Source: Dipteris shenzhenensis (Eukaryota). Taken from it: 64,000 bases of DNA. How positions within the stretch are numbered: the stretch's first letter is position 1; every line of letters starts with the position of its first letter. Below the pieces are notes generated by a model. That model ran no database searches. It was given only the letters and a program-made list of their open reading frames with translations, and was not told the DNA's origin. A program made the translations under genes and the position numbers. The stretch lies in the NCBI GenBank assembly GCA_047967505.1, contig CM106538.1. One strand, given 5' to 3'. Shown here piece after piece: positions 50,501-62,879 of the stretch.

Positions 50501-52890
50501 CTTCATCATGAAGGAGGCTTCCACCCCGAACAACTCCGCGCACATCAGGAGGAGCTAGAAATGTGCCTGCTCCACCTTTGCCTCCATCAGCAATCTGATA
50601 ACTCTTGTCACCAAACCACACACCGGCTCCTCGCGCATGAAGCTCAACTGAAAGTTCACCTCCGCGCCATGGGCGTACCAAAGATCTAGTCCTTGTGGTC
50701 CCATCCACTCGTCCATCATGAGCATAATCTGATTACCCAAAATAGCATCAAACACCTCCAGGGACCACTTCTCCAACTTGTGGAGGCAAACGAAAGTCTC
50801 CAAACGGGGTGTGTCTGAGAGCCCACTGCACTGATCAACCCCCCTTTCGGGGCTGAAGGACCATGAGCGTGACCTCCAATGATAGAGGATATGAGTCCGG
50901 AATCTCTAAATAGTTCCAGGGTCCTAACCTCCAGAAGTCCCGCGGTAAGGGACACCCAGGCTGAAAGTTGCTGCTAGCCGAGAAGACGAGCCTCGTCCCT
51001 CAGGATCCCTCTCTAAGCGGACCTACTGCTGCGATGAGGAAGCAAAAGGGAACGTCGTCGTTCCCTTGTCTGATGGCAGGGGTGTCGAAACGAAAGAAGC
51101 TGCTACTGAAGCGGAGAGGAGGGTGACGGGAGAGTGAGAGGTAGGAGCGCGGGAGATGGAGGGCAGGAGCGGGTGGTGAGAGTGACCATTGAAGGGGGGG
51201 CTGAGGGGGAGGGAGGGGGCCCGAGGAATCCTAGAGGGGAAGGAGGAGGGAAAAGGACGACCATAGGCCCCCTTGCTGATCAGGCTCGCCGAGGCTCTGG
51301 ATCGGCTCCTCCATGACCCTCGTCGGGCTAGCGTCTGCGGCTTTTGCCATTGCCGCATCTGGAGCTCCTGGTGCTCTCGGCTGCTGCAAGGGTGGGTGTG
51401 GCGGCTAAACTTCCGAAGCTGAAGGATCGGCTGGATGGACAGTGGCCTCTGTTGCTGGGGGAGGTGGCTCCTGCTGTTCCTCTTTTGAGGCCTCTTGGTC
51501 ATTCCTATCCCTCTCCCTGCAATTGGCCCTCTGTCTACGGCGTTTGTGGACCTGCTTGCTTGATTTCTTTTTCTTTTTAACCTGTGTCAAGTTCCCTTCC
51601 GAGGGAGTAACCCATGGGGTCTGAGACTCCTACTACTCCTGCCTGAGAGGGCGCTGAACTCGGACCTGCTGACTCTGCCTACTCTGTGGAGGAGGGGAGG
51701 GAGGCGCACGAGGGAGGTCACGGGGGCAATCTCTAGCGAGGTGACCCATCTGTCTGCATCGAAGACACTGGCCTAGTAACCCAGAGATCTCCACCCTCTA
51801 GCAAAGTGTGCCCCCTTCCAGGGTCTCGAGAAGGATCAACTCCGAGAGGGACTCCGGGCTCTCCACCACCACTCTGATCCTGGAGACTCCATCATCTGCT
51901 AGAACAGAGGCGGCTGTCTCTGGCGGGGACTCGAGCACTGTGCCATATACCCAACCAATGGAAGGGAGGATGACTCGATACTCCTTGGAAAGCCCTAGGA
52001 AGTCGAGTGTAACCGAAAACCGTGGAACATGATGTGGTGTATCCATGTCCTCCACTGTGAACCCATGATACCAAGGAAAGAGGTAGACAAGGTGTGGGCC
52101 AAGGAGTATGGGGCTCTGCTCCACAAGTGTCGAGGCGGTGTCAGGAGTGCTCAGCTGATGAGGAAAACGCCTCATCCATAGATAGTGACCTCCTGGATGT
52201 GGTCGGCCTCTAATGTCAAGCTCACCTGGATCCATTCTCGCACCTGGATCCGTGTAGGCGTGAGGCTCACATGTGCCTTGTCCTAGAGGGACTGAACTGC
52301 CTGCTATACCTGTTGCTTGTTAGCTGGGGAAAGAAGAACCTTAATGGCTGTGGGAGTCAAGGGTGTTGCCATAGAACCCCTCTTGCCAGACCAAAGGTCA
52401 CCACCAAGATTTTCTTTCATCGTAACAAACACGAATGCTCCCGCTACAGGGAGGCAAATGAAAAAGGACGAAGCGGAGAGGCGGAGGAGAGAGAAGGAGA
52501 GGGTAAGGGAGGAAGGAGGGAGCAAGGGGAGGAGGAGGAGGAAGGAATGAAGAAATGGAAGGATGCGAGAGAGGCGGGGAAAGAGGAGAAGAAGACGGTG
52601 GGGGAGGCGAAATGTCGGGGGGGTGCAATGGCGGGAGGGCAGAAGGGCGGGAGGAGGTGCGAGGCGGCAAGGAGGGGAGGCAAGGAGGCTGAAGGAGGGA
52701 AGGGACCAGGGGTGGGGAAGCAGCAAGGGGAGGTAGAGCGGGGAAGGCAGCGGGCGGGAGGCGGAGGTGGAGCGGGGGAGAAGGCAAGGCGGGGGGCGGA
52801 GGTGAAGTAGGAAAGGCCGAGCGGAGCCAGAGAGGGAGGAGGGACGAGGTGGAGCGAGGGCGAAGACAAGGCAAGGAGATAGGGGGAGGC
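47579..52890 (-). mobile_element. L1-type LINE with 5' UTR, ORF1, endonuclease and zf-RVT-like 3' region but no RT core
   Basis: Poly(A) tail (T-run at 47579-47596); ORF1 (51798..52235) with QCLRCRQMGHLARDC zinc knuckle (~51730-51775); EN motifs SWNVHGL, LNMYAP, WIVG and SDYSPV; then RKLLYW...LAGRALVANQVL, GGLGIID and CHCC...ETIPHC. The 5' end is approximate. Confidence 0.85.
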
Positions 52891-53093
52891 AGCAGGCCCT
52901 TGTAAACTTCTCTTGCTCCATGCTGCCTTTTCTTGCGGCATGTTTATACTAGGATATACATCTGATTGTACTTCTTTACGATCTGACATGTTCTTTCATT
53001 ACATGCATGCCCAAAGAGTTAGTTATTATTTCATGTTAACTGTGTGATCTCAAGAAAGTCTCTACTGCGGGGAGTTGGCTGTACCAACTAAGT

Positions 53094-54414
53094 TGTCACG
53101 AGGACATAAAATTATGGGAGTTTTGATTTGCGACTCCCGTAATTTGCATTTGCGTGTGACTGCCTTGAGCCTATGGGGCGCGAGGGTCCCGCCATGGGGC
53201 AGGACTTGGGGAATTAAAATTCCCTAGTGGGCCCTTGCAAATTGTGAATGTGCGCCCAGTTACTAGGCAATTAATTCCTAGGGCCAAAGTGTGCAACAAG
53301 GGGCCCAAAAGAATGGTGCAATTAAAAATTGCTAATTTTAGCACAAGACTCCAAAAAGAGCACAAAGCCCTGTTTTTTGGGACAAAAGGCCAAAATCAAT
53401 TCCAAAAGAGCCAGATCCTCAGTTGTGAGCTGCCAAAGCCTGCCAGGTGCTACTAGACAAAATCGTCATCTGCCAGGAGCTTCCAGAGCCTGCCAGGGAA
53501 ATCGCCATCAGCCAATGCCAGTTCCAGTGCATCCAAGGCCTGCCAGAGGAAATTGCACCTGATCTAGGAGCCTATTGCAGATTGCAATTTCAGCCAGGGT
53601 GTCTCTTCTCGCTTGCGATTTCATCTACAGGTTTTCCAGGCTGTGCTAGGTGACTGATTCCAGTTCCAAGGCCGTTCCAGGTGTTTCCAGGCTGTCCAAG
53701 CTGCTGTAGAAGATCGTGATTTTGCTTCCAGGCTATTCAGGCTCTGCAGGGAAACTTACGATTTGATTTTTGGAGCCTTCCGGGTGTTGCTGCTGATTTT
53801 GGTAACTTTCTAGGCATGGGTGTTCACTTCTAAGCTGCTCTTGGGGCTGTGCCAAGGCAGAATCAGCTTTTCTCTGCATAATCTAGGGTTTTCCAGCCCC
53901 GGTGACTTTCTTATGTGGATACTCGGTAGAAGAAGGCTTGTCTTTACCTGCTTTTGCCGTTCCCTGATTGGTTGCTGGCTAGTTATTTCTTTCCTTGCGA
54001 AGAAAGGTTGATTTATGCTGTTGGGTAGTGGCCGCACAGGCTATAGATTGAGGCAACTTGTTTGGGAGTGCTTTGTCGATTGATTGCACAAGAGTTTGGC
54101 TGTTGAAGGCTTTGTCTGGCAGTTGTTCAGCCGTGTCTGGCTGGTTGGGCACTTGGTTGTGCAATTGCAGGTGTGGCACAAACAGTGGATTACATATGCT
54201 CATGATGTACCACTGGCAGTGGGTCCTTAGGGGTGGCCATAGGTGAGGTGGATCAGACATCATGGGGAGCATATTGTTTGTGAGTGCATGTAGCATGTAT
54301 GTGGAATGTGTGCTCATCTTTTGCCTAATAAACATTGTAGTCTTTCCACTTGGTTTTCTTTTGCAGGTAATTTATGGCAATCGAGGACGCTTGCCTTCTT
54401 TCAAGAGGGGGGTT
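53094..54414 (+). mobile_element. Truncated LTR copy joined to the 3' end of an internal region with PPT (Gypsy-like)
   Basis: TGTCACGAGGAC start; 53094-~54190 repeats the first part of 54415-56796; ends GAGGAC...TTCAAGAGGGGGG (PPT 54403-54412). Confidence 0.8.
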
Positions 54415-56796
54415 TGTCACGAGGACATGAAATTATCAAACTTTTGATTTGCGACTCTCATAATTTGCATGTGACTGCCTTGGGCCTCTGGGGCACGAGG
54501 GTCCGGCCATGGGGGGGGACTTGGGGAATAAAAATTCCCTCGTGGGCCCTTGCAAATTGTGAATGTGCACCCAGTTACTAGGCAATTAATTCCTATGGCC
54601 AAAGTGTGCAACAGAGGGGCCAAAAGAGTGGTGCAATTAAAATTTGCTAATTTTAGCATAGGAGTCCAAAAAGAGCACAGTGCTCTATTTTTTGGGGTAG
54701 AAGACCAAAATCAATTCCAAAAGAGCCAGATCATCAATTGTGAGCTGCCAGAGCCTACCAAGTGCTGCTTGAGCAAAATCGTCATTTGCCAGAAGCTTCC
54801 AGAGCCTGCCAGGGAAAAACGCCATCAGCCAAGGCCAATTCTAGTGCATCCAAGACCTGCCAGAGGAAATCGCACCTGATCCAGGAGCCTATTGCAGATT
54901 GCGATTTTAGCCAGGGTGTCTCTTGCAGTTTGCGATTTCATCTGCAGGTCTTCCGGGCTGTGCCGTGTGACTACGTCCAGTTCCAAGCTGTTCCAAGTGT
55001 TTCCAAGCTGTCCAGGCTGCTACAGAAGATTGTGATTTTGCTTCCAGGCTGTTCAGGCTCTGCAGGGAAACTTGCAATTTGATTTTTGGAGCATTCCCGG
55101 TGTTGCTGCTGATTTTGGTAACTTTCTAGGCGTGGGTGTTCGCTTCTAAGCTGCTTTTGGGACTATGCCAGGGCAGAATCAGCTTTTCTATGCAGTATCT
55201 AGGGTTTTCCAGCCCCGTGACTATCTTCTGTGGATTTTTTTTTTTTCAAGAAAAGTACTTCATTAAGTATGAATAAAAACTGCAGAGCAAGCTCAAGTGC
55301 GGTAGTACATGTCAAGGATGAGAAAAAACAGCTCAGAATGAGCAAACAAAAATCCCAGGTGGCGGCTGAAAATGCCACCTCATCCCTGAAGGAGAGTCAA
55401 ACAAGAAGAACAATTCTTCCAGACTCTGAGTTAGGCAACCCTCCTAGCAGTAGCAGTCCTAGAGGTTCCCTGTATGTTCGCCCAAATGGCCATCAAAGTG
55501 TGTATAGTATCTGCCCAGATACTGGCCATAATCTAAGAAGGGTGAACCTAGGAGTCCTCCAAGGCCTTTGTACATCTGACTCTCCAAATATGCCATGCTA
55601 TAATACTAGTCAGAATCTCCCAAGATGTGGCTATAGAAGCGTAGGGAGATCTGAATGGAGTAAACAGAACATCCCAAAGCGAGCATGACTCCACAAGGTG
55701 TCATTGAACAAAGAAAGTTGTGTCCATGTCATGTCCCTTGAAGAAAGCCTGTGGACCAGTGAGTGACAACCAAGCAACTGATCCCCAGGTCATGAAGAAG
55801 GATGCTCTATGAAAAATGCAAAGTATCCTAACAACACCCTTCCAAATCGTCCTCGCCTGAGTGCACTCCCAAAGGCAGTGTTGCACTGACTCAACTGCTC
55901 AGTGCATCGAGGACATGTAGGTTCAGCCCCGAACCTGGATCTCCACAGGTTCACTGCAATCCCTCCATGAATAGTAAGCCAGATGAATAACGTGATTTTC
56001 CTATTCCTGAGGGATTTCCAAAGTCTCCTCCAAAAGTTTTCCTGCATCTCTATAGAAATCTGAAAAGTATCCCAATAAGGGACCTCCAACCTCTACAACT
56101 GAGCTGGAATCTCCTGGCATTTCTGACCGTGTAACGAAAGAAGGGGATGCTCTTCTCTCGGTGCCCTGCATCTACTTCTGTGGATACTGGGTAGAAGAAG
56201 GCTTGTCTTTACATGCTTTTGCCGTTCCCTGATTGGTTGCTGGCTAGTTATTTCTTTCCTTGCGAAGAAAGGGCAGTGGTTGGAGAGGCTATAGATTGAG
56301 GCAACCTGTTTGGGAGTGCTTTGTCGATTGATTGCACAAGATTTTGGCTGTTGAAGGCTTTGTCTGGCAGTTGTTCAGCCGTGTCTGGCTGGTTGGACAC
56401 TTGGTTGTGCAATTGCAGGTGTGGCACAGACAGTGGATGCTATTGGGGTCTCTGTTACATGCTTTGGTTGGCTGAGGATACAGGATTGTCTAGTAATTGG
56501 ATGCATCGTTTGGAGTTGAGCAGGGAATTACAGGGTGGGCTGGACGGGGAGTCTGCAGGCGTTGGTTTGCTTGTTGTGCAGCTTCCCACAGACCTTTGTA
56601 ATCAGCTGCTTGGCTTCAAATGAATATTAAATAAATACCGCAAGGGGCGCCAATGTTTGGGGCCAATCGGTGTCCTTGTTTCTGAGTAGGAGCGCTCTAG
56701 CTCCCCTATGATTTGATCTGTGGTGCATAATTATTAAGTGGATCCTACCACCCTTTACGTTGTTGAGGCTGGTTTCAAAGTTCTCTTGTTTTGACA
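54415..56796 (+). repeat. Complete LTR (~1.4 kb without the LINE insertion), TGTCA...TGACA, followed by a Met-like PBS
   Basis: Terminal inverted TGTCA/TGACA; TGGTATCCGAGCC at 56797-56809. Confidence 0.85.
55236..56174 (-). mobile_element. 5'-truncated L1 LINE inserted in the LTR
   Basis: Poly(T) at 55235-55246; TSD CTTCTGTGGAT (55225-55235, 56175-56185); zf-RVT-like FWRRLWKSLRNRKITLFIW...CPRC..QHCLWEC; the empty site is visible in the first LTR copy at ~53908. Confidence 0.92.
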
Positions 56797-57202
56797 TGGT
56801 ATCCGAGCCTTGCGAGCTAGTGGATGAATGATCTAATTGTTTGAGATATACGAATAAAATATCAGAAATCCAATAACATATTGCCTAGGATGAACTTGGA
56901 GTTCTTGCAAATTTTTACATTATTACGAGCTTGCAAACATATTAGCAAACTCATGCCATAGGTTTTTATGTACTAGTCAATTCCAAAACAAAACATGACT
57001 AAAATTCTGTAACAGAAACAGGAGGAAGGAGAGCAATAAGCAGCACCAAAGCAAAGTCGAGAAGAAAGTTGCAGCATAGTGCAGATTTTGGTTCAGATCG
57101 TTGAACAATAAAAACATTGTTTCAGCTCCCAGAACATATTAAGGCATCTTAAAATTTAAAGTATCCTTCTATGATAAGAAAGGGCAGAGAATGTGACCAT
57201 AC

Positions 57203-57322
57203 CTCATTAGAAAAATTGACCGGTAAAACCTTCTGCAGTGAAAGAACACGCCGGTGGCGTTGTGTCTCTCGCAAATGGCCCACACAGTTCTCATACTTCT
57301 CTATGAGACCATATACTGTGAG
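57203..57322 (-). CDS. TPST: TPST exon
   Basis: AG/GT bounded, 120 bp: LTVYGLIEKYENCVGHLRETQRHRRVLSLQKVLPVNFSNE. Confidence 0.9.
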
Positions 57323-57693
57323 CTGCAGGAAAAAAACCTATTCCTGCTCATCTTATAGGCAAGCGTACTACCCACAGTGCAAGCAAACAAAAGAATGTTC
57401 TTCTATCACTAATGTGATATCTTAAAGGTGGCCTTCTCACCAACTCTTTAGAGCCAACCTGCACTATGTTACAACAAACATCATTCTTGCTAATGTGATA
57501 TCACTAATGTAATATCTTAAAGGTGGCCTTCTCAACAACTCTTTAGAACCAACCTGCACTACGTCACAACAAACATCATTCTCTAGAGAACGTTATGGAC
57601 AACTTGAATGCAAACAGCACACAATCAAGGATACATAGCAAACGATGCTACATTCAAGAATCAGTAAAGAATCTAAAGAAAGCCCAAAGGCAC

Positions 57694-57764
57694 CTGAGCA
57701 GTAGGGACATTGTTGTTGGGAGGAACAAGTTGTTCAGATGTCTCACTGGGCGGACTCATCAAAT
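57694..57764 (-). CDS. TPST: TPST small variable exon
   Basis: AG/GT bounded, 71 bp, phase 1 to phase 0, which restores the frame between neighbouring exons (DLMSPPSETSEQLVPPNNNVPTAQ). Confidence 0.7.
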
Positions 57765-58457
57765 CTACACATGGAAAAATGAGCCAAACAAAGGAATAAG
57801 GGTTTGGTTTATAGCTACCTGCATCTCAATAGTACAGCTTGCTAATACACAAAATGAACAAAGCCAAGAGTCACATTATTCATCCAATATTTCTACAACT
57901 TTTATGAAATCAAGGAGAATTATACACATTTGTACAATGTTTAAATTAAAAGAAATGAACATGAATGTATGATCACATTTATAAAAGATTGTGTTCTGAC
58001 CAACAGTATAACTTCCAAAAGCAGACGCGGTCCTTTGGTGTCAGAAGTCTGCGGTAAGGGTTAAGTTTACCAATGGGATGAGAATAACAGTGGAAACTAC
58101 TGACATCTTTTAAATGCTCTCAGGTTGAGTTTAAACAGCAGAAAAAAGGGAAGCTACAGCTGAAGGACTAAAACTCTGTGCCTGGCTGAATCCTGATTAC
58201 TGCAAATCATGCTACTTAATGGTTCCTTAGAGCTTAGATTTGATCTTTAGTTTTATTCATCTAGATACAAATTTAGTGATAGGTTGCACAGTAACCATAG
58301 CATGGTATTTCCACTGTAGAGGCTACTTAAAGAATCTGAGATCATCCTAATACATGTGCTCTCAATAAGGAAAATAGTCGAACCTACAATGCACAACTCT
58401 TTGAAAGCATACCTCAAACATTTCAATTTATTAAACCAATAATTGAGTTGGAAATAC

Positions 58458-58629
58458 CACCTCCAGATGACAAAGAAACAGGAGTCATGTTATGTGCCAC
58501 ATTCGAAGAGGAATTAATTGAAGGTTGCCCGAGTGGTAGTATTTGTCCTCCAACTGTATGTGCAAAGAGCTTGGCCGTATCTTGTTGCTTATCTGTGAGC
58601 CCCACGAATATCATCCTATCAACTCGCCG
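58458..58629 (-). CDS. TPST: TPST exon (donor at 58458 or 58461)
   Basis: RRVDRMIFVGLTDKQQDTAKLFAHTVGGQIL matches plant TPST RRL..MLYVGLTE.H..SA.LFAN.VG.QV. Confidence 0.88.
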
Positions 58630-58715
58630 CTGTGGAAGGAAGACTCGTGTTGGTTAGGAAATAGACAATATGACTGTAGAAAAGGAGACCTTAATTCAGC
58701 TTTTTAACGAGTCAC

Positions 58716-58820
58716 CTTTGCAACATGCAGGACGTGATGGCCAAGTTCTTGATGATCAATAACACAATTCCTGAGATACCCAGCCCCTTTGGTATACGAG
58801 TTGTTCGTGAGCCCAGCCAG
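58716..58820 (-). CDS. TPST: TPST exon
   Basis: AG/GT bounded, 105 bp: LAGLTNNSYTKGAGYLRNCVIDHQELGHHVLHVAK. Confidence 0.92.
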
Positions 58821-59099
58821 CTACAACAGACCATGCACACGAAGAAAAATCAATACAATCCTGTATTGCAAAGGTTTTACGATGCACACTCAAAACCAAT
58901 GCATTATGCACATCACATGCTCTGTGCAGCAGTAACATGTCCAGATTAGACTGGCCAGCAAATACAGGCATCCAAGTAAACTCCAAACGTATCTTAAATG
59001 TGGAATGTGCATGTAGCCTGGCTCCAAAGATAATAATGTTGGAAATAGGAGGATAGAATCACTCACACCTCCGGATCCTTCAGCTCCAAGTATACACTC

Positions 59100-61850
59100 T
59101 AGCAGATGATCACAATGATGCAAACCTCACTCACAAAAGACAGCATAGAGATGAGAGAGAACTCAGAATAGATACATCCACCAATCAGTGGGAAAACAGG
59201 CTCAAGATGAGCTCAACAAAACATCCAGCATATACCTAGATGAATCCAGGAGCATTCCCAAACTCATCCTCTAAAAACACACCATAGTGCAGTTTCAATC
59301 TCACGATAGTCACTCATAAGATTGAAAACCATAAACTCCATCACGCATAGCAGGGACTAGCTACTATGACATCCCCACTGACGTCATCAGCGCCCAACAG
59401 TGGGTGTACACCATAGTATAAAAATATGCTCTCACACATACAAATCCACACACCCACACATACTTGAGTATCCATTTAGACAAAGTCTTTGTACAATGTT
59501 TTTGTCAACACTCCAGAGGTGGAGGGCAAACTCAGCCATGACGAAGGCTAGCACTAAAGGAGAAGGCTAATCAAAAAGTAGTCCAAATCTCTTCATTCAA
59601 GCTACAACTGCTTGTGACGTCTAAACAATTTCATTTTAGTCTCTCCCAAACAAGCATCTAAAACATCCACCATGTGCTGGTTTAAACCAGGTCTAAGTCT
59701 CTCTACCAAAACTAGCCTCTCACTAGTGTGTATGTGCTACCTGTGGTGGAGGCTTGGTGGTGGAGGCTTGATCAAGCACTCGATGAGAAAAAAATGAGGG
59801 GAGGGGGGGTTTATATAGCCCCAGTCCAGGGCCAAACCAACTAACTAGGGGTCGACTAGGGGAGCCGGCTTTGCTCCTTTGCTGCACCGACTTTTGGGCC
59901 ACCTTCTAGCAGACTACTGGGTCGGCTATTTGGGCCAACCTGCTTGGCTTAGCCTAGCCTATAAAAGGCCCATGTGCTGGGCACATGAGCTGCTGCTGTC
60001 AGGCCTATGTTCAGCCCTCCCTGTGCTTCCACTCAGCAACTCTATTCTACTATGATGTGCTGGCTGCAGTAAGTTGCCGCTTGATCCTGTGCTTCTTGTA
60101 GAAACCATTGAATTCAGTAGAAGTGAACCTATCCGTGCAAAAGGCTTTGACTTCCTCCTCGGTCTCCTTTTCTACCTTGGCCTTCCATTCCTTGAATTTC
60201 TCATAAGCCTGAGATTTCTTGGCCAGGAAATATATCCACATCATCCAACTGAAATCATCCACAAATAACAAAGAATAGTGGGATCCCGCAAATGAATTTG
60301 TCAACATCGCGCAGCAGACATCGGAGTGAACCAACTCTAGCAGCTTCTTGGTCCACCAAGGCCTCCTGTTGTCCCTATGTTGCTTGTCCTCCAAGCTAGC
60401 CCTGCAGACACGATCATTGCTTGCAATCGGTGGAAGTCCATCCACCATCTTGGACTTCTGCATCTCAGCCAGAGTGCCATAATTGACATGACAAAATAGC
60501 TCATGCCATAATTTGATCTTCCATGGTCCCCATGTACCAACAAAGCATTGTCCCAAGCCCATGCCCTTCGACACCATGAGCCACTCACTACCTGTCGATT
60601 CTCCTTAGATGTGATAGTGACTTTGCTACTGTCGAACAGTGCCGACATGTTGTGTTTGTCTAGACTCCATCTAGCGGACAGACAAAAGATTTTTGCACAA
60701 GTTCAGTACATAGAGTACAGTGGATATCAGCTTCTCGTCTCCTGCAGTCGTGATGAATTTTGAGTTAATTGGGGCCTTTTAGCTTAGTTTAATGCATGGA
60801 TTAGTAGTGAATAGGCAAGATAATTAATTGAATTGAGTGTAGGAGTGATTAGTCCATGGTCTTGAACCATTCCTTCTTGTTTGACATGTGCTTTGAGGCT
60901 CCATTGTCGACATATCAGCCTTCCTTGCCATCGCTCACTACATAGGCTGAACAATTTTCACTAATCAAGAGAAGTTTGTCGTTGGCTGAGTCAATCTTTG
61001 GCTCCTCCTTGTTCTTGGACTCCCTTTGCCGCTTTAGATCTACCTTCTTCTTCCTACATTCCTTGGCTGAATGACCAAGCTTTTTGCAATAGAAGCATTT
61101 CATCTTCTTCTTCCTCCCTACATCCTCGGTCTTGTTGGTCTTGGAATCCTTAGAGTTGCCTTTGCCAGGTTTGTCCCTCACAACAAGTGCATTCTCGTCC
61201 AATTGATTGAACAATTTCTCCCGAGCCGCCTCCTGCAACAGCAAAGGGCCAAGTTCTTCGAACGTGAGAGGCTTGGTCCTCTATCCCACAGTGATTGTCA
61301 TCACGAAGCTCTTGAAACTCCTAGGTAGCTTGTGAAGTGTAAGCGGTGCCAACTGACTCGAGTGTATCTTCTAACCAATTGAAGCGAGTAGTATCTCACC
61401 ATCTTGATCTTTGTCAAATGGTCATGTACATTGTCTCCCTCACTCATGTCCAGATTGTACGACTAGTCCTGGAGAGTGAGGATCCGAGACATATTGTCTG
61501 TCTTATGCATATCCTTCAATATGGCCCACGCCTCTGCAGACGTCTCCACCATCTGAATATGGGAAACCACCGTGTCTGCCGTCGTCCCTATCAGCATGGC
61601 TACGGCCTGGGCATCCTTATCTTCCCACACTGTGAGGTCATCCGCATCTACCGGCATGAGTAATCTTCCCTTCCTATCCAGTATGTCCTCCAGCCTTTCA
61701 TCAACGAGATGCCCTATAGGTCGGGGCAAGGAGCTGAGAAAGCTTGGGCCAGTGGCATAATTCAAGCTTCCAAAATTTCCGATCCACAAGATGGCTATGG
61801 ATCTTCACCTTCCATTTATAGATGGGGAAGCCAAGTAAACACCGTCTACA
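59100..61850 (-). mobile_element. Internally deleted Copia in TPST intron: gag-PR-partial integrase joined to an LTR-like segment
   Basis: gag (AWAILKDMH, CFYCKKLGHSAKEC), VDNGASKHM, LWHELFCH..LVHSDVC..LFVDDFS ending at 60050; 59100-60050 has a TATA (GGCTATATAAA on minus) and LTR-like composition. Boundaries are approximate. Confidence 0.8.
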
Positions 61851-62485
61851 CAAGTCCAATAAGTTGTAATGTGAACTACTCCGTGGCCACCCTGCTCTGA
61901 GGAGCATCATTTTCAAAGATATACCCTTGAAAGACTAGAATATATCCAACCGTTCAAATTTAGTGGAGTGTTGTCATGCTGTTTTGAAACAGCAACCCAA
62001 TTTTGGGTTACATGAGACTTACAAAGATGAGGATGAACCATCAGAAACTTGGTCACCAAAGGTGTCAGTCTGGGGGTTAGAAGGCAAGTTTGCAGCAGCA
62101 AAACAAAACTCAATTTACAGTTGGGGAAGTCAAGATGAACACAAGTCCAATAAGTTGTAATGCAGGATGTAAACTACTCCGTGGCCACTCTGCTTTGAGG
62201 AAGAGTCTACAACATCATTTACACCTGGCCTGCCTAACCAAGCGGACAGGCTGAACAATAAGCGCATCCACCTAGCTCTTATTAATTCTTAAACAGATGC
62301 CACCAACCTGAGACATATTTACAAACAACCAGATTCCCAGCACCCTTAGAAATATTCATGAACCAACCAACATATTAGCACGTATTTCTTTGTGACATGC
62401 CATACCATGCACTCTTATGTCAAGTTGGTACCCAAAAGTAGTGAGCAAAAGAACGAAGACCTGGCAATCTATACTTAAAGATTAC

Positions 62486-62629
62486 CTGGAATGTAGCACC
62501 ATTATGTAACAGGTCCATGACTATGGGCTGGTCTATGAACTCATGCAATGGCATCACAAAGGAGCTAACATTATAATGTTGGACATCTCCCAATGAAGGC
62601 GATAGCTCTCCTGATTGCCTGGCTGTTCG
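62486..62629 (-). CDS. TPST: TPST exon
   Basis: AG/GT bounded, 144 bp: ...YNVSSFVMPLHEFIDQPIVMDLLHNGATFQ. Confidence 0.93.
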
Positions 62630-62879
62630 CTGCAATGGAGAAATAGAAAGGTATTAAATAGATTTATTCACATAAGGTAGTGGCCCTATGCCTTCCTTTC
62701 AGTATTTGAAGTATTCGCCTCAACAGTAACAATTAATCAGAGCTTGATTCAAGCAAAACAAAGCAGAGGATAAGCACACAAAATGTTAAAAGCTAAAGCC
62801 ACAATCCTCACAAGTCAACCATATTACACAGGCTACACAGGATAACAGCATAAAACCCCATAAAAGCAAGTTAACTTAC

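Noticed and set aside
47560-52920. TSD for the long LINE
   Set aside because: The sequence beside the poly(A) end is not repeated near the presumed 5' end, so that boundary remains approximate
52271-52989. Several long low-complexity ORFs
   Set aside because: Purine/pyrimidine-biased LINE 5' region; overlapping ORFs on both strands indicate a composition artefact
58001-58200. Additional TPST exon
   Set aside because: Stops in all three minus-strand frames, and the frame is already closed by the exon at 57694-57764
61850-62203. ~55-bp direct repeat (61850-61905, 62140-62203) as a TSD or LTR
   Set aside because: Too long for a TSD and lacks LTR termini; probably a local duplication at the Copia junction
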